DNA from: Candidatus Nanohaloarchaea archaeon
GTDB lineage: Archaea > Nanohalarchaeota > Nanosalinia > Nanosalinales > Nanosalinaceae
Assembly (NCBI GenBank): GCA_041640035.1
Contig: JBEQBC010000001.1
Coordinates: 160,001 to 224,000 of the forward strand
Direction: 5' to 3'
DNA: 64,000 nucleotides
Shown here: piece after piece, positions 30,789-41,577 of the stretch
Layout of the letters: every line of letters begins with the position of its first letter
Position numbering within the stretch: the stretch's first letter is position 1
Position numbers and translations under genes: made by a program
The notes under the pieces: model-generated
Databases searched by the model: none
Seen by the model: the letters and a program-made list of their open reading frames with translations, nothing else
Told to the model about the DNA's origin: nothing

Positions 30789-33170
30789 ATGGGCAACAGT
30801 TTTAGGAAATTTTCTATACTACTAATCACAGTAATCTTTCTGATCTCGTTTTCTACAGCGGCTGAGTTAGCAACTTCAATTAACCCGGATACTGGATTAG
30901 AATCAGTTCCTTACGAAGATGGTGATACAGTTCAGGGCACAGTCAATGTCCAGTGGACTCAAGATGACCCTGACGATGTTCTGCCATGTGGAGGTTGTAC
31001 AGGTCCTACACAGCTTAAATGGGAGATCTGGATGACCTATCAGGACTCAAACGGAAACTGGTATACAGAACAGGTTGGAGAAACATCTTTCGGTCCGGGA
31101 GATTCGAGAAAGGAAGGAGATAATACAGACGAAACAATTAATTCGGTTACAATAAGTACTGAAAATAATGTGGATACAAGTAAGTATAATCAATTGGCTG
31201 TTAAACCGATTCTATCTTCGACGACAGGTACTGGCACTGATGAGGCAGATAGGCAGTACCTGATGTCTGAAAAGTCCGCAGATGATGGAGGAGGTACTGG
31301 TGGTAGTGGGAATACTAACCCTGTACCAAAACTCGATGTACCCTCTCAAGTTCAAGAAGGTAATAGCTTCACTGCGGATGCATCCGCCAGTAATGATCCT
31401 GACGGTTCAATCGAAAGTTATGATTGGGATTGGACTGACGATGGAACATATGAAAATTATGGTGCCCTAAAGACCGCAGATCATTTTTACATGTATCCGG
31501 GGACAAAGACTATCAGACTTAGGGTGAAAGATGACGATGGAGCAACATCCACCGTTACAAAGGACATAGAAGTAACACAAGACTGTCCTGAGGAGATGGT
31601 GGGTCAAATAGAGGTCACGCCTCCGGCAGGATTTATCAGTTATCCTATAAAGGCAGCTCTATGGAATAAGGATCCCTCTGGAACATATGAAGACTGGCTT
31701 TCGGGCTGTAATTATAACAGTGCCAACCCGAATGGCTGGTATGATTTGATTGACGGAACTGCACCGGTAAATGCCTCTGCAAATCAACCAAAACAATTCG
31801 TATGTGAGAACGGTACAACAAATCAGCTATCGGGATATGATTACCCTTCAGATCTAACTACTCAGCAGGAGAATTACTGGTTAAAAGCGGAGGACATGGC
31901 TCAAGAAAAGTGTCAGACAATTTCAAAAGAGGCATTTAATGTGACAGGTGAAACAGCACCTGTAACACAGTACTACATACCGCTATCAGCAATTCCGACC
32001 GGCGAAGGTACAGCCAAGTATGTATCCACGGAAGGCGACTACAAAGGAATAATCACACACGACTACCAATCACTCTACAACGCCATGAAAAAATACGACG
32101 GCGGAGACAATGTAAAAGCCTGCGAATACTGCGAACAGGAATCAACATGGCTTGACAAAAACATGTCCGCAACACAGGCATACGCCAACAACTCATCAGA
32201 CAGCAAAGACGGATACGAAAACGCATGGGTAACAGACAACATGGGAGCAGGAAACGAAAGAAACATCGCCAACTCAACAGGCTTCCTCGCAGACGGAGAC
32301 AAAAACCCACAAGACGGTACTGTATTCCCAGGAGGATACGCAGGAAACTGCCAAGGAATCCTAATGTGGCAATTGTCCGATTCGGGAGAGGAGTGGGAAT
32401 GTAGTAGTAATGTTAACCCTACTCAGGAAATCTTCTTGCCAACATTCGATTTCCCATCCGATGAACAGGAAATGGTGAGAGTAGGATTCCACATAATGCC
32501 TCAACTCTTCAATACCAGTACAAGAGCGTTGGAGAGCGAATTACCATTCTCTTTCTCTCAAACAACCAGAAGATCTCTTCCTGAAGTTCAGAAACTCGAC
32601 AGGTTGAACGCTGTTTGTTGGTGGGGAGATGCGAATAGGTATTCTGAACTAAAATATGAGAATGTTGGTCAGACATGGTTCACGGTAGTATACCGTGATC
32701 TTCCGGAGAGTCCGGAGAATCCTATCCCTGTTCACGGAGTTATGAATGCGAGTAAGAGAGCAGATTATGGTGGTGGACCAAGCTGTAGATGGAGTTACGC
32801 GGCATCGCCCGCAGTTAGGTTTGCAGATGAGGGATTAACTCATGATCCTTATGTCCTTTCAGGTACGGTGACTAATATCGCCTCAAATGCACAGAGTTTA
32901 GTTGATGAGAGGAATTATACTGCCAGCAGTATCAACCTTCAGGAGGATTACACAAGTCCGATGAACTCAAATGATTTCAGAGATGTTTCATTTGAGTGGC
33001 AGAATGAAGCAGGTTATACGAGATATGATTCAGCTTCTGATGATGATGCCTACCTGGACTGTGTTCCGAACAACAAGTACTTCAAAGATCCATTAGGTAC
33101 GGACGCGCCAGGAGGTTGTATGTACTTGGATTTCATTCAGTGGCAGGCCTACGAGTACCGTCTATTCTAA
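30789..33170 (+). CDS. Secreted Cys-containing PKD-domain surface protein
   Basis: Signal peptide; DASASNDPDGSIESYDWDW...LRVKDDDGAT PKD motif. Confidence 0.8.
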   Translation: MGNSFRKFSILLITVIFLISFSTAAELATSINPDTGLESVPYEDGDTVQGTVNVQWTQDDPDDVLPCGGCTGPTQLKWEIWMTYQDSNGNWYTEQVGETSFGPGDSRKEGDNTDETINSVTISTENNVDTSKYNQLAVKPILSSTTGTGTDEADRQYLMSEKSADDGGGTGGSGNTNPVPKLDVPSQVQEGNSFTADASASNDPDGSIESYDWDWTDDGTYENYGALKTADHFYMYPGTKTIRLRVKDDDGATSTVTKDIEVTQDCPEEMVGQIEVTPPAGFISYPIKAALWNKDPSGTYEDWLSGCNYNSANPNGWYDLIDGTAPVNASANQPKQFVCENGTTNQLSGYDYPSDLTTQQENYWLKAEDMAQEKCQTISKEAFNVTGETAPVTQYYIPLSAIPTGEGTAKYVSTEGDYKGIITHDYQSLYNAMKKYDGGDNVKACEYCEQESTWLDKNMSATQAYANNSSDSKDGYENAWVTDNMGAGNERNIANSTGFLADGDKNPQDGTVFPGGYAGNCQGILMWQLSDSGEEWECSSNVNPTQEIFLPTFDFPSDEQEMVRVGFHIMPQLFNTSTRALESELPFSFSQTTRRSLPEVQKLDRLNAVCWWGDANRYSELKYENVGQTWFTVVYRDLPESPENPIPVHGVMNASKRADYGGGPSCRWSYAASPAVRFADEGLTHDPYVLSGTVTNIASNAQSLVDERNYTASSINLQEDYTSPMNSNDFRDVSFEWQNEAGYTRYDSASDDDAYLDCVPNNKYFKDPLGTDAPGGCMYLDFIQWQAYEYRLF

Positions 33171-33198
33171 CATTTTTTCTTATCTTTAGAACTTCGAT

Positions 33199-34593
33199 TT
33201 AAATTTCTTCTAGCTGGTCGTAGACTTCGCCGAAGTTGTCGTACTCGTGGCTCTGATCAGTTCTAACCTCATCTACAATTTCTTCATCTTCTACTTCGTA
33301 GAATGCGAAGCCACCGCCGAAGTACTCATCATAACTATCATCTCCAGGTTCTACTGTATCTATTACGCCATTTAAATCTTCATTCTGTAAGTATTGTCCT
33401 ATAGCGAAGTTTGCCAGATCTTGTATATCGCTGAAATCTGCATTCACTCCTGATTTATTGTAATCTAGGAGTGTTCGAGTTAACTGCTCAGTAGCTCCAG
33501 TAGTCATCGTTACATTGTGAACTGGACCGTCATTCATTTCTAAGGCGTCTATATTAAAGTCATTATATGTATCTGTAGCTACGCTGTAAATCATCTCAAC
33601 TGCCTGATTTTTTGCGTCTTCGAAGCTGATTCCTTCTCTGTCCCATTCATCTGTGTGGAAGAGTACTGGATGGTGGAAGTTTTCAGGGTTGCCTTGTGCG
33701 CCTCCATCGTCGTTGTTGATTACATTCCATTCCTGTATTTCTGAGTGGAACTGTCTTGATTCATCTAGCCATGCCCCTCCTACATTGAATGTTCTGACTT
33801 TATCGTCGTCTGGAGAGTACATCATTCCAGAGTTCTGTGCGCCATCACGCATCGGTACTCCCCATGCCAAGACATCGAAGTCGTGATGTCGCTGGTAGGC
33901 CTCTCTTATGGTTACTGCTTGTTCTTCCATAGAGAGATTTATTCCATAGCCGTTCATTGAGACTAACAGATTGTGACCTAAATCAAGAGAATCTTCTACT
34001 GTGTCTGCATTTAACCAGGCCTCTGAGTCATAGCTAGAAGGACTATCTACATCGTGTCTTAGAAAAGCACTTGTCTTCGCTTCCTCATACATAGAGTCAT
34101 CTACGAAAGCTTCTACGGCTTCTTCCATCGGCCCCGTATCGGGATCTGCGGCCATTATGTCGAAGTTGCTGTCTCTGTATAGTTTTAGTGCTTCAAAGTC
34201 TACTTCGTGGTCGTCTCGTTCACTTTCGGTAGAGAAATCGAATGCCGGGTGGTCTTGTACTACTCCGCCGATGCTTCCACTGATGTACTGGCTTAGTTCG
34301 TTACGCAGTGCGTCGTTCCTTCCTGGCTTCATGTCCCAGCGGTAGTTGTCGGGACGGTTCACATTCTGGTCGTCTTCTTCAGTATCTGTTTCTTCATCTT
34401 CGTCATCTGTCGGTGTTTCATCGTCTGTCGGTGTACCGTCTTGAGGTGTATCACTGGAAGTGTCTGGCGGTGTATCTGTACCGTTTCCTGTGGGTGTTCC
34501 GTCTTCTCCGTCGCCTGAACATCCTGCTCCAAGAACTGTTGCTCCGAGTGTTCCAGCGCCTTGAAGGAATCTTCGTCTGCTGATATCTTCCAT
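33199..34593 (-). CDS. Tat-exported lipoprotein, hypothetical
   Basis: SRRRFL twin-arginine signal, GAGC lipobox, D/T/P-rich linker. Confidence 0.8.
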   Translation of the reverse strand: MEDISRRRFLQGAGTLGATVLGAGCSGDGEDGTPTGNGTDTPPDTSSDTPQDGTPTDDETPTDDEDEETDTEEDDQNVNRPDNYRWDMKPGRNDALRNELSQYISGSIGGVVQDHPAFDFSTESERDDHEVDFEALKLYRDSNFDIMAADPDTGPMEEAVEAFVDDSMYEEAKTSAFLRHDVDSPSSYDSEAWLNADTVEDSLDLGHNLLVSMNGYGINLSMEEQAVTIREAYQRHHDFDVLAWGVPMRDGAQNSGMMYSPDDDKVRTFNVGGAWLDESRQFHSEIQEWNVINNDDGGAQGNPENFHHPVLFHTDEWDREGISFEDAKNQAVEMIYSVATDTYNDFNIDALEMNDGPVHNVTMTTGATEQLTRTLLDYNKSGVNADFSDIQDLANFAIGQYLQNEDLNGVIDTVEPGDDSYDEYFGGGFAFYEVEDEEIVDEVRTDQSHEYDNFGEVYDQLEEI

Positions 34594-34711
34594 AATAAAA
34601 TTACACCAGTGTTACCTTGTAGTGATTAATTACTCACAGTGATTTAAATATTTTGTTGATTTCAACGGGTGAAGGCCACATTATTTATTTAGGGTACGAA
34701 CAGAGTAAGTT

Positions 34712-37645
34712 ATGCGTAAGAAGTTATCCATAATTGTATCTTTGCTACTTTTGACCTCGGTTCCAGTTCTTGCGTATGAATATGGTGGTTCAACTGATGT
34801 ACCTGAACAACCTGCGAATACGGATCAGTTCTCATATGATCTAGGAGCAGGATATACATTTTCAGGTGGCGTACCGGATGAAAGTGGTAGAGCTGCATTC
34901 TTTGGATCAAGGACAATACAAGTAAACGAATCAGGAACATATGAATACCCTGACTTAGAGGACAGTGAAGACTCCATTCTAGAAAGATATATTACGAATG
35001 AAGGAAGTAACCAGTGGGGCAAAGGCACTATTGAATCAACAGTTATACAAGTAGATGACGCCATAGTTAGGTCAAACCGAGACGGAATACCATATCTCGT
35101 AGACCCTCCGCATCCAGAAGCAAATCAGCCAGAAAATCGGTGCGGTGACGCAATCACAAGCGGTATGAACGATGAAAGAACATGTCCAGAAGACCACGGT
35201 CTTCCCTCAGATGATAACGACGATAGTACTACTGCAGATGTAGCCAACACCGTTACCAATACTTTCAACGATGTAGTCGGCGAATATGGAGTGAACGAAA
35301 TAGGATCTGTAAGTAATGTTGGAGATAGTGGAGATGATACTAATGATTATATCAGTTATGACCCAGATTTAGTTGGAGATATTGCGTTTTGGGCCGAAGA
35401 ACACGATGATGACGAAGATCCAGATATTACTGGACCGAACCAAGGCTCAGATACTGTTGTTTACGAGGATCAAGATTGGGAGGAGACGCCAGATTATTTC
35501 TTGAAAGATGGTGGAACCGAAATCTGGATGATCTATGTAGAAAAAGACGGTACGAAACATATAGCTGATCAATCTACTAAAGACTACACCTACGGCTATT
35601 CCTACACCGATTACAAATACGAGGGAACGGTATCAGATGACTCATGTTCTGCGCCTGGAGGCTGGAGCTGTGATATGAAGGATATTAATAAGCCATGCTG
35701 GTCAACGAACGATAATAAAATAACTCATCATACCCTGACCACAGACACTGAAAAATATACTGCAGAAGGGCCAGAGCGCTTTGAGACATCAGAGGGTAGT
35801 GATCACGGAAGTACTTACGGAGTGGATGAACACACTCCCAGTGACTTCTCATTTGATGTTGATGTTAAATACAACGATGGTTCGACCACTGAAAAAAAGG
35901 ATGCTCACGATTGTACTGACGAAAATAAAAATGTCAAGGAATATACAGGATGTACCAATACAAGTTGGTCCACGCCTGACAGCCCTCAGTGCGATGTATC
36001 ATACGGCATGGCGGATTGGTACAAAGATGACTCTTCCTCCGAAGATTATAACGGACCTCTGCCTGGAAAGTGGAATGATGGGACGGAAAACCACGAGTGG
36101 ACCTATGAATACCAAGACTTAGATTTCAGAACTGAGAAAATCTGGGATATTAATCCGGCTGAGAATCCTTCTGGTAATCCTCTTCCTTCTCATTACGCGA
36201 TGTTTAGAGATACAGACTTCAAGACCAATGAGGGTTCTGCATATAATGTAGACCAAAGCAGCAGAGATAAAATAAATGTTCATAGCCATTCTGATGGAAG
36301 AGCTTACTGGTCTTTCGATGTGGATCCAGGTTCTGAAGGTTTCTCGAATGACCACGCAGTCAGTCTATCTCGATTTAAGATGGATGTAGAAAGAGGTAGT
36401 CAGGACTTCTATATTACGAGAGATTACCATGAATCATACGACCCAGATGGACCTTACGGTGAATCAGACGGCTATATTGCAATCGAACATGATGTAATTA
36501 ATGAAGGACAGTACAATGAGCAAAAAAGTAGCTCCAGGCAAATTGTAGGTACAACCTCACTTTTCATGCAGAGAGAATCTGGTCTAAGCGATAGTGCCAG
36601 CAACATACAGTTTACAGACTTCGTAGACACAGGAGACATAAATGTGCCTGCATGTCCTTGGGAGGAGACGAAGTGCGTTGCAGCAGTTGACATAAGCATG
36701 AAGGATCTGAAGAATTGGGGAAGCATCAACCCGACAGATGGAATAAGACTAGATGTAAGCGAAACATACGCAGCAAATGAATCAATGAGTGTCTGCAAAA
36801 TGTATCAGCAAATCAGTGGTAGCGGAGACTTGAATCTAGGTTCTTCCGATAATCAACAATGTGATTTCGAAGAAGGAGACTATACAAGCTGTACTGGTTG
36901 TGGAAGTGAAGATCCTCCTGAACCTCCTCCGCCTCCACCTTGTGGTTCTCCAGGAGAGAGATGGCATACCATGGAAGGGCCTGAAGTTAATGAAGATGCT
37001 TTCACATCTACGAATGAGCAGGAAGTCGTAGATGACTACGAAGAGTGCGTTCAGCATTCTCAGTGTGTATACAAGGGTTCTCCTGTAGATGAAGGGTATG
37101 TCGCAAATGTTGCAAGTGACACACAGTCAGGTTACGAAGTCGGAGGAGGGTCTAACGACTGGGAAGTCTGCCTGAATATTCATCATACCGATAAATACCC
37201 TGATGCTGATAACGGATATCACAGTAAAGGAGCACATGAATTCGGCGGACAGTGGTACGACCTTGATGATGACCGAGTAGATTACTACCTCCGACCAAGC
37301 AATGATAACGGCGGAAACGGTGGAGAAGATGACTACGATGGAGCAGGTCACCGCCTGATTTCACAGGCCACGGAAAGTGAACAGGAGAATCCTAACCATA
37401 TCTCCTATTACTACAGAAGAAATCCAAATCCAGAGCATCCAGATTGGAATCCAAGAGGATACACCGGTTCAGGATCTAACAAGAATTACTACTATGGTTT
37501 CAATATAGAAGATGACTGCGATTCAGACCTGAGTGGCTGTGATGACTCTGGTGTGCAGACGAACTTCTTCTACTCCTTCATCTGGGAAAATCAGGGAATG
37601 CGCGTTGAAGACTACGATCATGTGAGGTCGCCACCGGTATCATGA
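34712..37645 (+). CDS. Large secreted Asp/Cys-rich protein
   Basis: Signal peptide, many Cys, poly-Pro linker; 977 aa. Confidence 0.8.
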   Translation: MRKKLSIIVSLLLLTSVPVLAYEYGGSTDVPEQPANTDQFSYDLGAGYTFSGGVPDESGRAAFFGSRTIQVNESGTYEYPDLEDSEDSILERYITNEGSNQWGKGTIESTVIQVDDAIVRSNRDGIPYLVDPPHPEANQPENRCGDAITSGMNDERTCPEDHGLPSDDNDDSTTADVANTVTNTFNDVVGEYGVNEIGSVSNVGDSGDDTNDYISYDPDLVGDIAFWAEEHDDDEDPDITGPNQGSDTVVYEDQDWEETPDYFLKDGGTEIWMIYVEKDGTKHIADQSTKDYTYGYSYTDYKYEGTVSDDSCSAPGGWSCDMKDINKPCWSTNDNKITHHTLTTDTEKYTAEGPERFETSEGSDHGSTYGVDEHTPSDFSFDVDVKYNDGSTTEKKDAHDCTDENKNVKEYTGCTNTSWSTPDSPQCDVSYGMADWYKDDSSSEDYNGPLPGKWNDGTENHEWTYEYQDLDFRTEKIWDINPAENPSGNPLPSHYAMFRDTDFKTNEGSAYNVDQSSRDKINVHSHSDGRAYWSFDVDPGSEGFSNDHAVSLSRFKMDVERGSQDFYITRDYHESYDPDGPYGESDGYIAIEHDVINEGQYNEQKSSSRQIVGTTSLFMQRESGLSDSASNIQFTDFVDTGDINVPACPWEETKCVAAVDISMKDLKNWGSINPTDGIRLDVSETYAANESMSVCKMYQQISGSGDLNLGSSDNQQCDFEEGDYTSCTGCGSEDPPEPPPPPPCGSPGERWHTMEGPEVNEDAFTSTNEQEVVDDYEECVQHSQCVYKGSPVDEGYVANVASDTQSGYEVGGGSNDWEVCLNIHHTDKYPDADNGYHSKGAHEFGGQWYDLDDDRVDYYLRPSNDNGGNGGEDDYDGAGHRLISQATESEQENPNHISYYYRRNPNPEHPDWNPRGYTGSGSNKNYYYGFNIEDDCDSDLSGCDDSGVQTNFFYSFIWENQGMRVEDYDHVRSPPVS

Positions 37646-40600
37646 AGAAGTATGTAATACTTTCAGCCCTTTTTCTTTTCTCTCTGTCGGCGGCGTCAGC
37701 CCAGGGTATAGAGGTAGAAACAGGGTACTTCATGGCCGATGGTACCGGAACCCAGACCGTTGATGTAGGATTCGAGCCAGAGATGGTAGAGTTTACAGCC
37801 AATCAGAAAATAAATTCAATAAACAGAGACTTTGCAACCACAACTAACTCTAACTGTCCTCAGAATGTCAACGGATGGTCTGAAGGAACAGCAGTATTCG
37901 ACTCTAACGGTTTGCAGAAACAGATGGCAATCGGAAGCTTCCGTAACTCCGACAGCACCAACCAGCACAGAGTAGCTTCCTCACAGAGCGATATAATCAA
38001 GAACATCTACACTGACAGAAACGGGAACGAATGTGGAAAATTGGAGATCACATTGAATCAGCAGACCTCAAACGGCTTTGAAATTGATATCCAGAACAAA
38101 TACAACCAATGGGACGATGTAGTTATGTACCGCGCCTACAACATCCCGAGCAATATCGAATACGATGCAGGACTGGACATGGTAAGTTCTACAGGTCAAA
38201 AAGATGTGGACGATCTAGGGTTCGAACCATACTACCTGAAAATCAGGAACGCCCAACTACTCCAAAGCTACAATACAAATGTTAACAAGGGAGGAAGTTA
38301 TATTGGTCGTTCACAGGGCTACGGACTGATCAAAAACGATGGCAGCATCGAACAGTACTCAATGGGATACGGAGCAAACTCCCACTCTACAAATGCTCAC
38401 CACTCATACTCAAGCGATGTCAATATAATCCGGAATAAATACAGCGGCCAGAACGGAGCTGATGACGGATCAACCAAGGCCTCACTTGAATCCGGTCTCA
38501 ACAATGGTTTCAGGCTTAATGTAGGAAGCAATCAACACAATGAAGTGTTTATGTACAGAGCCTTCGGTTCAGGTAACTACCGCGTTGAACTAGGTCATAG
38601 AACCATCAGTTCGACAGGCAACAAAGTCCTAGACTTCGGATTCACTCCAGATCACATATCTCTACACAGCGGTCAGAGAATAAGCGGAATGAACCAAGTC
38701 TACAACTCACCCACGAACAGCGGTTGTTCCAACGGCTACGGCTGGATGGACGGCTGGATGGATGTAGCGGACGGAGACCAGTACGCGATCGGAACTGGTA
38801 GAAGCTCCGACTCAATGAACGCCGACCATGTATTCGCAAGCAACTCACAGATGCTGATGAATGTATACACAGGTCAGAACTCAGGAGAATGTGGGCAGCT
38901 AACAGGATCTGTGACCTCGATAGTAGACGGACAGGGAGCAGAACTCGATGTTAACAATATTTATGTAAACGAGATGCTTCTGTTCAACGCTTGGGATCTA
39001 TCGGTAGTCGACTCAGATCCACAATTCTCTGGAGATAGATATGTAGCGGATGAAACCGAAAAAGGAGATGGAGCAACGATTTATACTGGTTCACCGGAGT
39101 TCGGTATAGATGTTAACCATCCCGACGATGTAGAAGTTACGGTAGAATTCCTCGCTGGTGATGGCAGCAGTTTCGCCACAGATTATGTTGATGAGAGCGG
39201 CGAAGCAACAGCGACATGGTCTGGTCTTCAGAACGGTGAAACATATGAATGGGAGGTCAGAGCCTGTGATAACTACGGTAACTGCCAGACTTCAAGCACA
39301 TGGACATTTACAGTAGACTATAATGACCAGCTAGGTAGAAGAGATGATGACTACCATCCACAGGGAGCTAATGTCTCACAGGATAGCCCATTCTTCACAG
39401 GCTATATCGACAGGATAATGGATAACTCTTCACAGCTTGAACCAGGAATGGAATCAACTTTCTACGATATGAGCGATCCAACAGCAGATCCTGATAAGTA
39501 CCACAGAGATTATGCGTTTATCGCTGATGCAGAGGAGGCAAAATGGTTCGATTCACAGGGAACAACAGATCGTTCAGATAGATGGAGTATTTCAGACGAT
39601 GTATCGGAGAGTATAGGTAATACTGGTAAGGCGTGGGACTCAGGAGGGACATACTATCATCCAGGTTACTCAGGAACGGAAAGAGATGAGGCTAATGATC
39701 CTACTATTCCGAAGCCAGCAAAGGTATTCGCTAACTCTTACGCAGCTGTAGCAACCTCAGAACTAGAGGCAGATAGCTCAGGAATAAGAGAAGGATTCGG
39801 CGTGTGGATAGATCCTGATAACATCAAGAAGTTTGACGAATACTACGAAAACTCCTGGGAACAGAAAGTTCAGTTTGGAATTGATCTCACCGGTCCCGAC
39901 GCAGGCGTAGGATTTGATTCGATGTCTTACGGCGGAAACTCGTTAAACGACTTTGAATACCGTTACAATGAAGATACAGAAGTAATTGGAGATATATACT
40001 GGCAGAATGAGTACAGAGGAATGAGTGAGGTACCTGGTGAACTTCAGCAATCAATGTGTGGAGACGACGGTACAGAATACCTAGTAGAAGAAGTAGGAGA
40101 AATTAATAACTCTGCAAGATATGCCGGAAATTACGCCTGCGCAACCACCAATGATGTATGTTATCATAGCAAGGTAAGCGGTAGAAAACTGTTTAGCACT
40201 GGTCAGTACCTTGACACAGGAGATGCCTCAGAGTACGAGGGAAGAGCCAAGAATGATAGAGAAAACTGCAGACAGTACGACTGGGATGAGGGACGGTTCT
40301 CAAGTATACAGGCAGACCTCTTCCCCGGATGGTACGACCAGGACTTCAAACAACAGTACTGCAGTGAAAACACAATATTCGGAAATGGAGGAGTAAGATG
40401 GTTCGACTCGTCCTATGTAAGCGAGAACCCTCATGCGGTCACAGGAGGTATTGACGATGACTGGAACTCATATGTTTCAGGAAAGATAGGTTCTGTCTCT
40501 TCAGTAGATCCTTACACCTCCCGGCCTGATCAGGAAAGCTGGGTCGGAATGCAGACACCTGTACCAACAGGAAACGATGGTAACAATAACATAGCGACTC

Positions 40601-41391
40601 TAGGTTTCTGTGGAGGAGATGACTCGGCAGAATACCTCGTAACACAGGACTGTGTAGCGGGAGCATGCAGCACAAACAGAGATGTACAAGGAGTGTCCAA
40701 AGACCCTGACAACTGCGTAGCCGATGGAGAGGTCATCGCCTCGACTCAGCCTGATGTTAACAATGTAGATTACCAAGATGAGAACGGTAACTGGCAGGAC
40801 ATGGAAGGAACTGACGCCAGAAGAATAGTGCCGGAAGGAAGAAGTATTGAACTGAATTACGGTGGGGCGACAACCGAGCTTACATGCTTCGCAGGATCAT
40901 TCCTCTCAGAATGGCCGGTAATCTTCCAGGAAGACACAGTATCAGTACCTTACGGCGAAACATCTACAGTCACCTTCAGACTAGTAAACCCTGACGAAGA
41001 AGCAGTCGAATACGAAGTCGATCTTATAACTCAGACTGACTCCTCAGTGACAGGAGCGGGACTCGAAAGCTTCACATCTCTGGTAGATCAGGACGGACAG
41101 ACAACATTCAATACAGAAGTTCCTGCCAGAAGCGGAAAAGCTTACCAAGTAGAGATCAGAGGAGGAAATCAGCAGATAGACGACCCAACCGATAATAAAG
41201 TCGAGATCAGGGCAGAAAGCACAGACGGCAGGATCACAGGAAGCGACTCAGTAGGTGTACAGGTAGTAGAAACCGAAACAACAGGAGCCGGTCAACAGGG
41301 AACATCGCCTGATGCAATTCCGGGAATAATGCCTCTACAAGTTCTGATGATGATCATGTTTGCCGCAGCAACAGTATTCTTCTGGTCCTAA
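37642..41391 (+). CDS. Large surface protein/adhesin: three tandem repeats, FN3-like domain, Cys-rich CG(G)DD modules, C-terminal anchor
   Basis: GF(E/T)P repeats; GLQNGETYEWEVRA; CGDDGTEY and CGGDDSAEY; IPG plus TM at the C-terminus. Confidence 0.82.
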   Translation: MKKYVILSALFLFSLSAASAQGIEVETGYFMADGTGTQTVDVGFEPEMVEFTANQKINSINRDFATTTNSNCPQNVNGWSEGTAVFDSNGLQKQMAIGSFRNSDSTNQHRVASSQSDIIKNIYTDRNGNECGKLEITLNQQTSNGFEIDIQNKYNQWDDVVMYRAYNIPSNIEYDAGLDMVSSTGQKDVDDLGFEPYYLKIRNAQLLQSYNTNVNKGGSYIGRSQGYGLIKNDGSIEQYSMGYGANSHSTNAHHSYSSDVNIIRNKYSGQNGADDGSTKASLESGLNNGFRLNVGSNQHNEVFMYRAFGSGNYRVELGHRTISSTGNKVLDFGFTPDHISLHSGQRISGMNQVYNSPTNSGCSNGYGWMDGWMDVADGDQYAIGTGRSSDSMNADHVFASNSQMLMNVYTGQNSGECGQLTGSVTSIVDGQGAELDVNNIYVNEMLLFNAWDLSVVDSDPQFSGDRYVADETEKGDGATIYTGSPEFGIDVNHPDDVEVTVEFLAGDGSSFATDYVDESGEATATWSGLQNGETYEWEVRACDNYGNCQTSSTWTFTVDYNDQLGRRDDDYHPQGANVSQDSPFFTGYIDRIMDNSSQLEPGMESTFYDMSDPTADPDKYHRDYAFIADAEEAKWFDSQGTTDRSDRWSISDDVSESIGNTGKAWDSGGTYYHPGYSGTERDEANDPTIPKPAKVFANSYAAVATSELEADSSGIREGFGVWIDPDNIKKFDEYYENSWEQKVQFGIDLTGPDAGVGFDSMSYGGNSLNDFEYRYNEDTEVIGDIYWQNEYRGMSEVPGELQQSMCGDDGTEYLVEEVGEINNSARYAGNYACATTNDVCYHSKVSGRKLFSTGQYLDTGDASEYEGRAKNDRENCRQYDWDEGRFSSIQADLFPGWYDQDFKQQYCSENTIFGNGGVRWFDSSYVSENPHAVTGGIDDDWNSYVSGKIGSVSSVDPYTSRPDQESWVGMQTPVPTGNDGNNNIATLGFCGGDDSAEYLVTQDCVAGACSTNRDVQGVSKDPDNCVADGEVIASTQPDVNNVDYQDENGNWQDMEGTDARRIVPEGRSIELNYGGATTELTCFAGSFLSEWPVIFQEDTVSVPYGETSTVTFRLVNPDEEAVEYEVDLITQTDSSVTGAGLESFTSLVDQDGQTTFNTEVPARSGKAYQVEIRGGNQQIDDPTDNKVEIRAESTDGRITGSDSVGVQVVETETTGAGQQGTSPDAIPGIMPLQVLMMIMFAAATVFFWS

Positions 41392-41441
41392 AGGATGACC
41401 GGAAGAATTAAAAAATTCTCTTTTACCTTTCTACTATACAA

Positions 41442-41480
41442 ATGAACGGTGGCTGTGTCCCTCGGTTACAGAACTTCTGA
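41442..41480 (+). CDS. uORF1 of auxiliary ProRS, MNGGCVPRLQNF
   Basis: ATG about 27 nt after ATTAAAAA; single Pro codon CCT 41460; within stem 41451-57/41491-97. Confidence 0.6.
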   Translation: MNGGCVPRLQNF

Positions 41481-41529
41481 AAAAGAGTTTCACAGCCGTT
41501 TTTCTACCCGAATTTTCGAGGTATTTTCT

Positions 41530-41577
41530 ATGAACTATTCAACGAAGGGTGGACGCGTTCCACTCACGACTAACTGA
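41530..41577 (+). CDS. uORF2 of auxiliary ProRS, MNYSTKGGRVPLTTN
   Basis: GAGGT 7 nt upstream; single Pro codon CCA 41560; stop within hairpin 41573-41595. Confidence 0.62.
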   Translation: MNYSTKGGRVPLTTN

